From Dicyema japonicum (lineage: Eukaryota; Animalia; Dicyemida), in assembly GCA_011109175.1 (NCBI GenBank), contig RDEW01000053.1, positions 62,001-126,000 of the forward strand: DNA of 64,000 nt, given 5' to 3'. Each line of letters opens with the position of its first letter. Within the stretch, counting starts at the first letter, position 1. Both the position numbers and the translations under genes were made by a program. Of this stretch, positions 1-11,879 are shown piece after piece. The notes under the pieces were generated by a model that had not been told where the DNA came from, ran no database searches, and was given only the letters and a program-made list of their open reading frames with translations.

Positions 1-5
1 ATTAT

Positions 6-265
6 ATGGAAGTCCAAAATTCCTCATTTGATTGGATGAGGAATAAAGTTGACAAAATTATAAAGAAAACTCGAATCGTTTGGTTTTTTGTGCAATTTAG
101 TTGTCGGAAAAGCTAAAAATGAAAGAATTGGATGAATTTGCGAAGAATTTGAAGGATCAGCTTATAAAATTGCAGGAGTCTGAACTTGAAAGTTTGAGAG
201 ACGCCAATGAGAAACTAACCAACGAAAATGATATTCTCAAGGCAGAACTAAATTCCCTTCAATGA
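6..265 (+). CDS. Coiled-coil protein, 2 visible exons (6-77, 101-265); may be the 3' end of a gene starting before the window
   Basis: Removing a 23-nt GT-AG intron (78-100) gives MEVQNSSFDWMRNKVDKIIKKTRILSEKLKMKELDEFAKNLKDQLIKLQESELESLRDANEKLTNENDILKAELNSLQ*, with heptad Leu spacing. The frame is open to the window edge. Confidence 0.55.
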
Positions 266-329
266 CTTCATTGCTGAGGGTACCTTTTGTAAAAAATGTT
301 ATTTTTAATTTATCCTTGCCTCATGTCTG

Positions 330-1670
330 TTTACTAAGATCAGTAGATTCTCCGTGGTCCCAGGTTGGAGTCTTCAGTGATCTCGTGTTCACTTGATTGG
401 TTACTATTCCATACATTATGTCTGGAATTAGTAAATTAACGTGGCTCAAGGTATCAGATGTTGGAGTAGGATTGTAGACAGTGGCAGAGATGGTGGTTGC
501 TACAATTTTCCTACGTCAAAAACCCTGATGTAGTAGTTTCATCGATAAAATAAAGAATCCGTGCTGCTGCATCTAGCACGTGTAATAGAGAGTGACGAGA
601 ATCATTTTATGTAGCTTCTAATTTGTGTTCCCCCAATCTTTTCTGAATGTGATTTGAACCCGATACTTCGTGGGTAACCCTTTCTTCAGATCTTTGGGTT
701 TCAGATGCGTCTGAACTCTTTACTTCGTTTCATGCTCAGGTGAATAGAAGTTTTCATCCATCATGAAACAAAGTAGGAATTTTGTGGAATAGGGGTACGT
801 CACGGTCTCTTTCCGAGCAATTAGACACTTAACATGCGCTTATTATTATTGAACCAGAAAACCACCGTCATATCCAAAATAAATAAAATTGAGGTGATCC
901 CAGTCTCCTCAACAGTCTTGCATTCTTTCTCGGTGTTCCGACTGCGTTCCTGCGCATTTCCGATGTGGACGGGGTGGCATACTCGAGTCCTTCGCAGGAA
1001 CACTGTTCCAGTCGCTTCTATCATATTTTCTAGGTTTCTGGGCAGGATTTCCACACGGGAAAATTTCCCTTAGTAGGTTTGCTGACTTCACTTGAATGTT
1101 GCAGATCTTGTCCAAATTCGTTGCAGCAAGAATAGATCCCAGAGATCACATGCGTATCCTATTGTAGCCTCGATGAACTGTTTTATCGTGAATAGGGTCA
1201 ACACCGACTTAAACGGGCCATAAACTTAGTTTATTCAGATTGTCCTGTACTCTTCTCGTTGCTTCCACAATACTCCACATCCCTTGAGGCAATGACTATA
1301 TCATCAGCATACGTTAATAACATGTCATCGTCCCCCTGAGGGAGTGGCAAGTCATAGGGGAGATAATGGGAGCCCTGAGGAACGCCATTTGCTAATAGTC
1401 TCGATACGGAACATCGATTGCCATAGTGTACTCGTCCTCATCGACCACTCAAAAAATTTCCCAACCATAGTTTCAGGTTTGCATCAATGTTTCGACGAAT
1501 ATATTTTGTGCGTGATAATTCGCGCTTAAAAGAGTGGTTATAAAGGCGAGGATTTCCTACTTTCAGCAGGAATAAGTCAAAGGAGTTATGTGAATTACAC
1601 TTCAGGATTAAACATTCTTCCGGGACATAGCGAAGAATGTCTGTCAAGAGGAGATTCATCTGCCAGTTTG
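330..1670 (-). mobile_element. Decayed LINE reverse transcriptase remnant (I/Ingi/Vingi-like)
   Basis: Minus-strand LANGVPQGS...MLLTYADDIVIA at ~1290-1395; many stops and frameshifts. Confidence 0.7.
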
Positions 1671-1909
1671 AATATTCATTGACGGAACATACTTATTTTT
1701 GAGACTTTTTGGTTTGAGACTGAAGAATTAAAAAAATCGTTCACAATTTGAATGTACTCTTGGATCCTTATACAACGTTTCTCAACCTTTTTCCTAAAGA
1801 CCCTAAAAATTCCAACAAGATGTATGAAACAGCAACATTGAGTGTTCAGAGTCAAGTTCCTCACATTCTTTGAAAGATTCAGTGACTTTGAAGCAAATAA
1901 TTTGTGACA

Positions 1910-4870
1910 ACGAAAAAAACGTGGTGTGTGGTGGTGTGGTGTAATTGAGAAAGAAGAAGTAACCAGAAGCGATATGCACAAGATCGACAAAAGAGAAGAG
2001 CTTTGTGAATTTTGCAATAAAATTAACAAAAGAAAGCGGCTGATATGTTGTGTCGTTTGTTCGTCGTTTTTTCACATGTCATGTGTTGGAATGACCAAAA
2101 AAGCCCTTACCACCATTACCAACTGGTGTTGCCAGGCATGCCTCCTTCCTGGGACGAAAGCACCATCGACTCCACCTAATTCACCTGAACGAATACCAAT
2201 AGATTACCAGAAAACCCTTGAATCAATTGCAAACCTGGCATCTACACGAAGGATCATGATCAAAATTCCAAAAGCTGCCCGTGTTCCTGCCGCCGACTGT
2301 TTACACGATTGTATTGAAAGGGCAATTTCTTCGACTGACCCAGTGATTGGACACGATTATTCTACTTTGCACCATACACGCTATGTATGCCCTGTCAGAA
2401 GAGGAAAGATCAGGAATCGCTCACGTCTATTGTAAAGGAAAATATTTGCTTGTTTTCTTCTGGAAATTTGTTCAGTGACTCCCGAGAATATACCTTCAAG
2501 CCCTCAAACCACGAGAACCATGCCTCAGAAACACAAAGATTGAGAAGAGCGATACATCGCAAACTATCTGAAGGTGGAGTCCGGGCCGCCGTGAGGACTC
2601 TAGAAGAGCATAACCGTCTAATTGAGCCAACTGAACACTCCTACGATGCACTGGTTGAACGACATCCTGGTCCGCCAGTGGACGAGCAGATCCCTACTTG
2701 CTCTGGAGAATTACCTAGTCTGATTATTTCTGAGGGGGACGTGAAAGATGCGATCCTCTCATTCGCCCCAAGCAGCAGTGGGACGACGGACTCCGTCCAG
2801 GACACCTAAAAGACTTAATTGATCAGAATACGGGGAACTCTGGTGTTCGGCTATTATCGGCTATAACGAGGTTAATCAACAGAATGCTTTCCGGAAGATT
2901 ACCAGAAGCAATCCGTCATATTATGTTTTCCGCCAAGTTAATTGCCTTTGATAAATGTGGAGGAGGAATTCGTCCTATTGCTGTTGGGTTTGTTTTTCGT
3001 CGACTGGCTTCTAAACTTGCTAGCAGAGCAATCCTTCCGATGCTTGTCAAACAACTGCGACCAACCCAAGTAGGGGTCGGTACTCCTGGTGGATGTGAGG
3101 CGGCGGTTCATGCCGTTCGGATGTTTACTGGAAACAGAACGAACATGCCTTGTGTGGTCCTCAAGATTGACATAAAAAACGCCTTCAATACCATACGGCG
3201 CGATGTAATTTTGGAAGATTGTCTTACCCATTACCCGTCTATATATAATTATGTTCATTGTTCGTATGGAAAACCGTCCAGTCTTGTACATGGGAAATAC
3301 TTCATTCCCTCGTCGTGTGGGTTCACAAGGAGACCCACTAGGACCGGCATTGTTCTGCCTCGGTGTCGACCGTGTCATGAGATGCCTTACTACTCCGCTG
3401 AACGTGTGGTATTTGGATGATTGCACCCTGGGAGGTCATCCTAACAATGTATATGACTGTCTACAGAGATTACTAACAATTGGATACGCTTGGTTTAAAG
3501 CTAAACGCAGCCAAATGCGAAATTGTTAATTATGGATTCTCCCGATATGAATGGAATCGGATCCTATTAATGTTTCGGGGGATTATTCCTAAAATATCGG
3601 AAATCGAGCCGGATCATTTGGAAATACTTGGATGCCCTCTGGCTGAAACTGGAATTAACGACACTCTGTTGGCTAAAGAACAGCAACTAAGAAAAACTTT
3701 TTTACGCCTTGGGATGCTGGATGCACATACCTCTCTTTTTCTCATGAAAAACGCTTTATCCACGCAGAAATTAAATTACGTCCTTCGAGGAGCTCCATGT
3801 TACCTGAAAATGCAACAACTCGGGGCGATTGACTCCCTATTCCGGTCTACGACCGAACGTATTACTAATGTCGAATTCGACGAACAAGGATGGGAACAAG
3901 CAACCTTGCCCGTTCGCTTTGGTGGACTCGGAATTCTCTCACCATCTGATTTAGCACACCCGGCATATCAATCCTCATTGGACTCCAATCAGAATTTGAT
4001 CATGATGATTCTCCAGCTCCCATCAGAGTCGTCAAAGATCGAAGATTTGGTACACCCTAAAGTCAAACAACTCGGGCAGAGAGACCTTTATGAGTCTGTT
4101 TGCGAGGATAAATACGAGAGGCTTTTGAAAATATCTAACCAACACCGACGAGCCTGTCTTTTAACTGCAAGATGCGAGTGGAGCGGGGCTTGGATCAATG
4201 CCCTACCATTGGAAACGTGGGAACTCACCTGACGATGAAACGGTCCGGCAACCGGAGTCTCCATCAGACTTGGATTGAAAGTTTGTCAACCCCATGAGTG
4301 CCGATGCGGCCGGAAGGTCGACTGCTATGGACATCATGCCCTTTCTTGTCGAAAAAGCGCAGGTCGATTCGCTAGACACAAGGCTATAAATGAAGTGGTG
4401 AAGCGCGCCCTCGAGTTGGCGGGATACCCATCCATTCTAGAGCCAACGGGCTTGAGTAGGGATGATGGGAAGCGACCGATGGAATTACTGTCTTCCCTTC
4501 TCTCGGGCAAATGCTTAATTTGGGATGCTGCCTGTACTGACAGCTTTTCCCAGTCGAAACTTTTGAGGTCGGCAATGAAAGCGGGAGAGGCTGCCCGTTT
4601 ATATGAAAACTCGAAGATAAAGAAATACAGCAGCCTCATAAACCGTTTTCATATACAGCCAGTGGTCGTCGAGACGAGCGGAGTCTTTGGCCCCAAGACG
4701 GTCTCTTTCCTTAGAGCACTTGGGTGTCTATTGACCAAAGCCTCGAGGGAGCGTCGGGAAACCGAGTGGCTTTTCCAAAGGATATCCCTGGCAGTAGTCA
4801 GAGGTAACAGCCACTCGATCATATCCGCTGGGACTTTAGAACGATTTTATTGTTATAAATAAATTTCTTG

Positions 4871-4910
<40 letters not shown>
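1910..4910 (+). mobile_element. CRE-clade non-LTR retrotransposon, copy A (PHD finger - RT - CCHC - restriction-like endonuclease), apparently full length
   Basis: ORF pieces from ATG 1974 to 4862: C4HC3 PHD; GGIRPIAVG, QVGVGTPGG, DIKNAFN, QGDPLGP, WYLDD, LPVRFGGLG; CRCG..HALSC; RH; RPDG-like site, WD, KKY, PVVVET. 35-nt poly(A) at 4876-4910; TSD tttgtgaca at 1901-1909 and 4911-4919. Confidence 0.95.
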
Positions 4911-4914
<4 letters not shown>

Positions 4915-5640
4915 TGACACAATGATTCGACTTTTAAGAAAATTCATTTTTTGACAAGACCGATGGATGCCGATTAATAATTCAGCATGGATGTAGCTTC
5001 GTCAGTACAAACGTTACTATATTCAATATTGTTTGATTTCACAAAATTATCACAACATTAGCTATATCGTGACCACGTGTCCTGCAAGAAAGTTAAAGAT
5101 AAAAAGAAAACCCTCAATATATCGCCATTTTCTGCAAAAAGTACGTAGAAAACGAGATGGCAAATTCATGTCATATCTGCAGATTCAACAACTGGAGACT
5201 TATGGTGTAAGGACATTTTAGTACGTTCCACTGTTTTGACAAATATCACCAGCCATATTTTGAGTTCTTCGAGACATTCTATCATTGATTGAGAAACCTC
5301 TTTGAATTTATGTGCAAGAAGAAATTCTGCCATGGAGACTACAGAAGGTTTTATTATAAGTCCACCATAAGAGTGAGGCGTATTATTTTTGGCAATTATG
5401 TAGGCAACCTATTTTGTAATTTTAAAGAAAAAAACCTCATAGGATGCAAAAAGAGTAGCATTGTTTTTTTTGCAGAGACGAAATTTTAAGGGTAACGTCA
5501 ATTTTTTTGCGACTAGTGGAAACTCTTTAGGCGTGATGGACGAACAGAAATTTGATGTCTTATTAATTTTGAAGGTTTAAGAGAGAATCGTTAGCCAATA
5601 CAACATTGCATGCCTGAAAGACACACTAAAATAATTTATT

Positions 5641-7361
5641 AAGTCGGACCCCGGGTGGGGCATTCGATTGCCCCAAAAAGTGAGGGTAACTTTAAAATAT
5701 TTATTTTTAACTTATATACATTATCTAAAATTACTGTGTATAATATTGAAACAGTCCTGCAGGACGCGGAAATGCTTTCCACATGGGGTAGTATGTGGGA
5801 GGCTAGACCACGCAGAGGAAATGCGTGGAATGTCCCGTACTGCGCCGCTTTTCTTGGAGGAATCTTGCGGAATTTTCGATTTGTGCAAGAAATTTGAGGC
5901 GGTAGTGAGACATCTCCCTGATTGGAAAACGACCGGGGACGATAAAGTTTATAATTTTTTTCGCTGTCGTGCTCGTTTCCTGGTTTCGTCCAGATCGTCG
6001 CGCATCCATCAGTCGGCCCCCGATCACTGCGTAATCCTCCGCAAGTGTATTTGGAAGATCCTCTGAATGCAGGAGATACAGTAAGGCCGAAAAATTCTTA
6101 ATCGGTAAAAAATTTATTATCAAAGTCCTTATTTTTGTTTAAGAAAATAATCAGTTATTTTATGGTATCTTCATTTTTTTTAAACTTTCCCCAATTTAAG
6201 TCTAAAGTACTTTAGTGAAATGCATTTTGAAAGACTTGATCATTCCCATATGTTGTTTTTTGGCAAAAAATATTTTAATATTAGAATATTCAGAATATTG
6301 GTGACAACTGGCGTTGTCTAAAAGCAAAACTAATCCTTTGTTTCATTTCCACTTCGTCATTTATTTTTCACAGCCATATCCGAAAAATATCATTTGTCAT
6401 CCATGCTTTTTTGGAGGAAGAATATAAAACCCCATATTCTTCGCAATTAAAACTACAAAAATTATAATACAATTGTTTAAAAAACCTTTCATGCAACGAG
6501 GAGACTTAAACTTTCCCATTACGAGAGGTTTTAACTTTTCACCCTCAGAGCTGCAGCAAAGGGGAACCGTTACTTTCCGTTCCGAAGCAGTTACCGGTAT
6601 TTTCGACAAAATATTTTGTTTCGAAGTTTTTGACATATAAGCTGTTTCGTCACAATTAAATAAATTAGTGCGATCAAATGTTCGATAATAATTCAAATTA
6701 TCGAAGATATCTGTTAAATTTCTTTTATCCGAAGAGTTTTAAAAAACAATTCATGTCTCTTCTTGAACCGGTCAAGTCACCCATTTGACGCCTTGAATTG
6801 GGTAAAATCTATTTTTGAAATGTTTTTCGCAATCCCTTTTATTGTGGTACCAGAATTGGTAAATAATTTCTCTTTAGCGCGAAAAGAACTGTAAATTAGG
6901 TCATTCAATAAATAGACCTGAGGACTTTGAATTCAAAACAAATTCAGTTTCTTGATCTTGAACTGATCCCGTATTCAGAAACGAAGTAATATTTTTCTTT
7001 ATTCGGGAAATGGTACCTAAGATATACAGAATTAAAGATGGACCTTTGCTAGTTTTATACTTCTTTACTAGTTCTCTCTCAGATAATCCATTATTTTGTA
7101 CTGATTTGGCAATTTTAACTTTAGTATCAAAACTGAGTTAAACAGGGATCTATCAATAACCACGATGAAAAAAATTTAAAAACACACGTGTAAAATATAA
7201 TATAAATAAAATAATTGTTTAATCAAAGAATAAATTAAATAAATTATGGTGCCCCAAAGCGGGGTCATTAAATTTGCCCATAAATTCAAAAATTGATAGG
7301 AAATTCGTCATCAGAAAAATGCCCCAAAATGCGGGGTGTGCTCCAAATCGGGGTTCGACTG
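5641..7361 (-). mobile_element. Decayed pogo/Tigger (Tc1-mariner superfamily) transposon
   Basis: DDE_1 motifs NLFNCDET, VTVPLCCSSEGEKLKPLVMGKFKSPRC, LLLDNASCH. TIR cagtcgaaccccg ends at 7361 followed by TA; similar agtcggaccccg at ~5642. Confidence 0.75.
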
Positions 7362-7794
7362 TAGCAAATAATACTCGAATCTTTATAAATATAATTTTAT
7401 TGATTATTAATTTTTTTATTTTTAATTAAAATTCGTGAGGACCATTTAAAATTTTGTGGGGTCCCCGTTGAGAACCGCTGCCTTAGATTATAAAGTTGGA
7501 GCATACACAGAGAATCAAAAATTTCCATAAATAACTAGAATCTCTATTAACTCTTGCTTCTTGGCTAACTGTATATTACCAATTATTAAAACGTGGAGGA
7601 TTAATTTTATTTTTAAAGGTACCACCTGTGTCCAAATTCCTTCAAGTTTGGCAGACAGAATTTGAACCCGGAACCTTGTTTGTTCCATGTTCGAAGCTCA
7701 GCAATTTATTCTCTGGAACCTGTCATTTTATTCATGCAGGTGAAAATAAAATAAGAATGGATATGGGGGATGGGGCTGTGTTATGAGTCCCACA

Positions 7795-7960
7795 CAAATC
7801 CTGATGGTTCAGGGTTTGAATCTCCTGCTGTGCATACCAGCTGAAGGTTCCACGCATCTTGGGTATGATGAGTGGCGCCGTGTTTACCTCACTGCGAAAC
7901 CGGATCGTCTGCAAGGACTCACACGCAACAAATGGAAAAAAAGTTAAAGAGCATTCCTTA
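7795..7960 (+). mobile_element. Diverged copy of the tRNA-derived SINE family
   Basis: B-box-like gggtttgaatc, then gaaggttccacgcatct ... cactgcgaaac ... cattcctt, colinear with the copy at 43347. Confidence 0.55.
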
Positions 7961-9126
7961 GCCCCCTCCCTTCAACGATATTTACCCTATCCAACGTTAT
8001 TGATTTGAAAAGTCAGGAAAGTGACACAATGGTCTCAAAACCCTAATCTACAAATCCTTAAAAAATAAACCCTTCAACCAGCAACTATTTGGTCGGAAGG
8101 TTGAGGTAGTGACGTGCCTTTATTATGTGAAATATTTACCTCGTTTCATGATGAATTCAAGTTGCCCTTTTTTTCGTGATCATGGATGAAGTGACGGATT
8201 CAAGAGACATCAGAAACTCGAAGCTCTGAAACAAAGACGCAGGATGCAGAAAGTATCCGAATTAAATAATATGGAGTATTATTTGCCAGATGTTGCACAA
8301 ATGGGGGATGTTTAGCGTGGTTCAATGTAAACTGCTGATAATGTGCGACAAAGTCCTAAACATGATTTATTTTGAAATCTTGTGTTCGACCTCATTAACA
8401 TAGTCAACACATTACGACTTGACACATGTATCTTGAAAATACTCAAAAATAAAAAAAACGAAGTGAACCTGCTATTTTTGAAATAAAATTTGAAACCTAA
8501 AACTTTTATTTACAAACGATGGCGAACTCTTTCGGATTGATTTTAAATTGAAAATTCAAATAAATGTTAGCGAATTAAAATTTTAGCATTTATTGCTTTT
8601 TTAGCCACGCAAGCAGTCAGAACGGCCGCTGTATGACATTTCTGGATAGTTCAGTTGGATTACTTTGATTGTTATTGATATTAGACAATTAGGTCATACG
8701 TCAGCTTCTTGTTGACTGGGGTGTCTTTAGTGTTGGAATCGTCCATCAGTAGGACGATTTTGAGAGTTAAAATTTCTATAATTGGCTTTATGAATACAAA
8801 ACTAAAAATTCAGCCATTTTTACTTTAAAAAAGATTTTACGTTAAAAAGTTAACCGCGAGATTATATAATAAAAAAATCGTTTGATGTAGTTAACAGCAT
8901 TCATTTTAAGCTTTCATAGAGCTTTAAACAATTATGGTAAATATTTACTTTCAGTTACAAAAATGACAGTCATAAGTTCAAAAATGTGTTCGAAGTAAGA
9001 ATACTACACTCAGTCAGAATGACAGGCAGAAACGTCCACAACTCAGATGAAAGGGAAATTCTTTGAATAAAATTCATTTACATAAAAGCAATAATAAATT
9101 TATTACAAATTAACAGACAATAAGCA

Positions 9127-10902
9127 TCAAATAAGCATGTCAAATGTGTTTTCATCGGCAATCGTATCATTTACTACAGAAAATGAAGGCAAATTATGGG
9201 CGCTCACGGCAGGATCACTCACTTGGGGTGGGGGAGCATCAGGAGTAGAAGGTAGCTGCTCATTTACTGGAGATAGTTGGTTCTCAAGTGGTGGTTGAGA
9301 AGTAATAAACTCCAAGGGATATGGAACATTTTGTAACAATTCTCCAGATACGTCAGTAATGAACGAAGGCAAAGGTAATCTCTCATCCTGACCACGTGCT
9401 GGAGATTCTAGTATTTTCAAAGGGGTGACAGAAGTCGGTTGTTTGAAAGTAACATCAATGAGCCCTTGCAGTGGAGGTTGATTGGCCAGGAGAGACATTC
9501 TGCTGGGGGAGACGACCGATTTATCTGCAAAGAACTGGTTAATCATGGAGGTAGGGGCAGGAACAGTCCTTCGGGGTTCATTGGAGGTAATTTTCTGGCG
9601 TTTCATCGATTCGCCGTCAGTTTGGCGTTTCTGTCGTGAATTTTGAGGAGTAAGCCGTTTTGCTGGCATAATAAAATTAAATTTCTCAATCTGTTCGACC
9701 TCGTCCATCACAGGAGTAGGCATTTTGGGGGACAAACTGTTACAGAGAATACAAGGCTTCTGAAATTTCACGTAACCATTCCTTCCAGTGGCCTTCCGAA
9801 CTTCTTTTTGGAGTAACTCAGTTCGGGCCATGTCCACCAAACAACTCAGCACTGATTTAGGAAAATCGATCAGGTTCTTCCAAATCTCATCATTTGTATG
9901 GGTCTTTGTCGGTTCCTTGATTTGGAGAGGCTGAACCCAATCATATAAGAGTTCTATGGGAAGCTTTGAGCCCATCATCAAGTAAACCTCCACAGCAGAG
10001 ATATTCTTAGCCTTTTCTGACGTCATCCCATCCTTCCACAGTTTATTGAGTACTTCCAGGGGTGGGGAGTAATGTGGAAGAGAAATTGTAGGTGTTAAAA
10101 TGACGATCTCTTTGTTCTGGGGTTTCGACTTTCTGGCGAAGTGAAACAACTGATATGTGTCAGGTAAACTCCCTGGTGGCAGAAAAAGAGTGAATTCTCC
10201 ACGACTTTGGCCGATCCTTTCCGCCAGAAGTCGAATGAGCTGTGCCATATTCTGCCCATGAGCAAGTTTCAACTGAATATTGGAGTTCATTCCACCTCTT
10301 TGGCAGGCCAACATGGCATCCACGTTTCGGGGGTTAAGAGAAAGCATAAGAGTGTCAGGGAGAAGACTTGGATTGTCAGACCCGTGTTTTTTGAAAAGCT
10401 CTTTCAGGGCCTTGCTTTTCGGCATCTTTATTTTAAGGTGTCGATCCATTGGATTAGGGACTTTGAGTCTTGCCAGTGTTTTTGAGCTGACAGTAATTTT
10501 CCCGGCAAAAATGAGGCCATTTAAAAATTTGGGGAAAAAAGACTGGGACTCTATCGGTCCCAGTTTCCTGTAGAGAATTCCGTAGGCAACCACAACTGAG
10601 AGGTGACGAACATTCAATGGAGTCTCCTCATCGAAGGACACACATCCGCCTAATTGCTTGTAAGTGCGGAGAAAAAAGCTCCTGACTTGATGAACAGATT
10701 TATTTCGTGGTTTTCGTAGACTATTAAGGCGAAGGGTTAGTTTGGTGAAATCCTTACCATATTTGCACAACAAGGCAAAGAATGACTTGCGGTCGTTAGT
10801 ATCCCATAATTCTTGACTCTGTTCTCCTGAAGGCTCAGTTATTTGGGGTTCTTGGGGAGCTTCTTGTTGACTGTGAGTGTCTGTAGTGTTGGAATCATCC
10901 AT
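9127..10902 (-). CDS. CRAMP1: Cramped-like chromatin regulator (SANT domain), 591 aa, single ORF
   Basis: SANT WDTNDRKSFFALLCKYGKDF...QVRSFFLRTYKQL. Conserved blocks LPDTLMLSLNPRN...NSNIQLKL and EVYLMMGSKLPIELLYDW match Cramped family motifs (IELQPRN...NPRLR; ELYLMFG...LQLEYDW). Confidence 0.9.
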   Translation of the reverse strand: MDDSNTTDTHSQQEAPQEPQITEPSGEQSQELWDTNDRKSFFALLCKYGKDFTKLTLRLNSLRKPRNKSVHQVRSFFLRTYKQLGGCVSFDEETPLNVRHLSVVVAYGILYRKLGPIESQSFFPKFLNGLIFAGKITVSSKTLARLKVPNPMDRHLKIKMPKSKALKELFKKHGSDNPSLLPDTLMLSLNPRNVDAMLACQRGGMNSNIQLKLAHGQNMAQLIRLLAERIGQSRGEFTLFLPPGSLPDTYQLFHFARKSKPQNKEIVILTPTISLPHYSPPLEVLNKLWKDGMTSEKAKNISAVEVYLMMGSKLPIELLYDWVQPLQIKEPTKTHTNDEIWKNLIDFPKSVLSCLVDMARTELLQKEVRKATGRNGYVKFQKPCILCNSLSPKMPTPVMDEVEQIEKFNFIMPAKRLTPQNSRQKRQTDGESMKRQKITSNEPRRTVPAPTSMINQFFADKSVVSPSRMSLLANQPPLQGLIDVTFKQPTSVTPLKILESPARGQDERLPLPSFITDVSGELLQNVPYPLEFITSQPPLENQLSPVNEQLPSTPDAPPPQVSDPAVSAHNLPSFSVVNDTIADENTFDMLI

Positions 10903-10999
10903 TTAGATGGTATTAGGTAACTAATTTATAATTCTAATTTAAATTTTTATTTATATTTGAAATTTATTTAAACTTGAAATTTAAATGTAATTTAAATTT

Positions 11000-11845
11000 T
11001 TTTGAAAGTTTGGCTTACAAACTTCTTTAGTGGACGAAGAGGAAGAGTAATTTCACATTCCACATTTTCTGTCACTAAATTTTTTCCAAATGGGGTCCCA
11101 CAGTGATTTCCACTTTCACATATTCTCTTCATATTCTTTATGAGCGATATGCCTTTCCATAGCAGCAACGATACTCTGGTCATCGATAAGTGATGACGAC
11201 ATGGCAGCAAGAGACCAGTGTATCACACAGAGGGTTCCTGCTTACAAGATTTACTGGAAAACCTGAGCTTCTGGATAATGAGGAATCTATTACACACAAG
11301 TTCTGAAAAGTCTAGAACTATATTTTTACTTAAAAAAGACTATTAAACTCTGCACCTTTTTGGAATGTCAATCCCCTCTACGAACTCTATCAAAATACTG
11401 GGGATCACATACGACCCCCTTATGACTTTCAGCAAAAATGTCACCAACGTCATTTTCTTCTCACAACGAAAACTAAATTTTGTAAAAAAAACACTTCTCG
11501 GGTACTAAAAAGCTGTTTTACTCTTCATAAGCCATCTTTATACGCAATAATTCAACCGACAATCAGCTACTACTGCGCGGCATGGGACACAAACCTATTT
11601 TATAAGAACCTAAAGAAAATCAATGTCTTCCAAGAAACAGTCATAAGGGTCCTGCATGAGTTCTCCTCGCCACTATTTCCAACTCCATTCAAGAAATGGC
11701 TCTCGGGAGGAACACCGAGAAGGTCGGGATCATCTGACAGCCATTCATTCCCTTTTATTTTGTCTGTGATCCTTGGTTTTAAATAAATAAATTTAATAAT
11801 CTGTCAAATTGTGTAAAATGTTATATTCAACCACTAAATCTCAAA
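11000..11845 (+). mobile_element. Decayed LINE RT and 3' region
   Basis: WLTNFFSGR, FPNGVPQ, KILGITYDPLMTF; 11617-11845 recurs inverted at 15300-15601. Confidence 0.65.
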
Positions 11846-11879
11846 ATAAGTGGACAATAGTAGAATTAATTATAAAGGT

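Larger units (their letters stand above)
1773..7480 (-). mobile_element. Internally deleted hAT (Charlie/Buster-type) DNA transposon carrying nested insertions
   Basis: TIRs caacgtttctcaacc (1773) and gttgagaaccgctg (7467-7480); similar flanks ccttata / ccttaga. Minus-strand transposase remnants ISLQL, TRGHDI, VCTDEATSM and NFLKSR...CEELDSEHSMLLFHT rejoin in frame across the CRE insertion. Confidence 0.75.
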
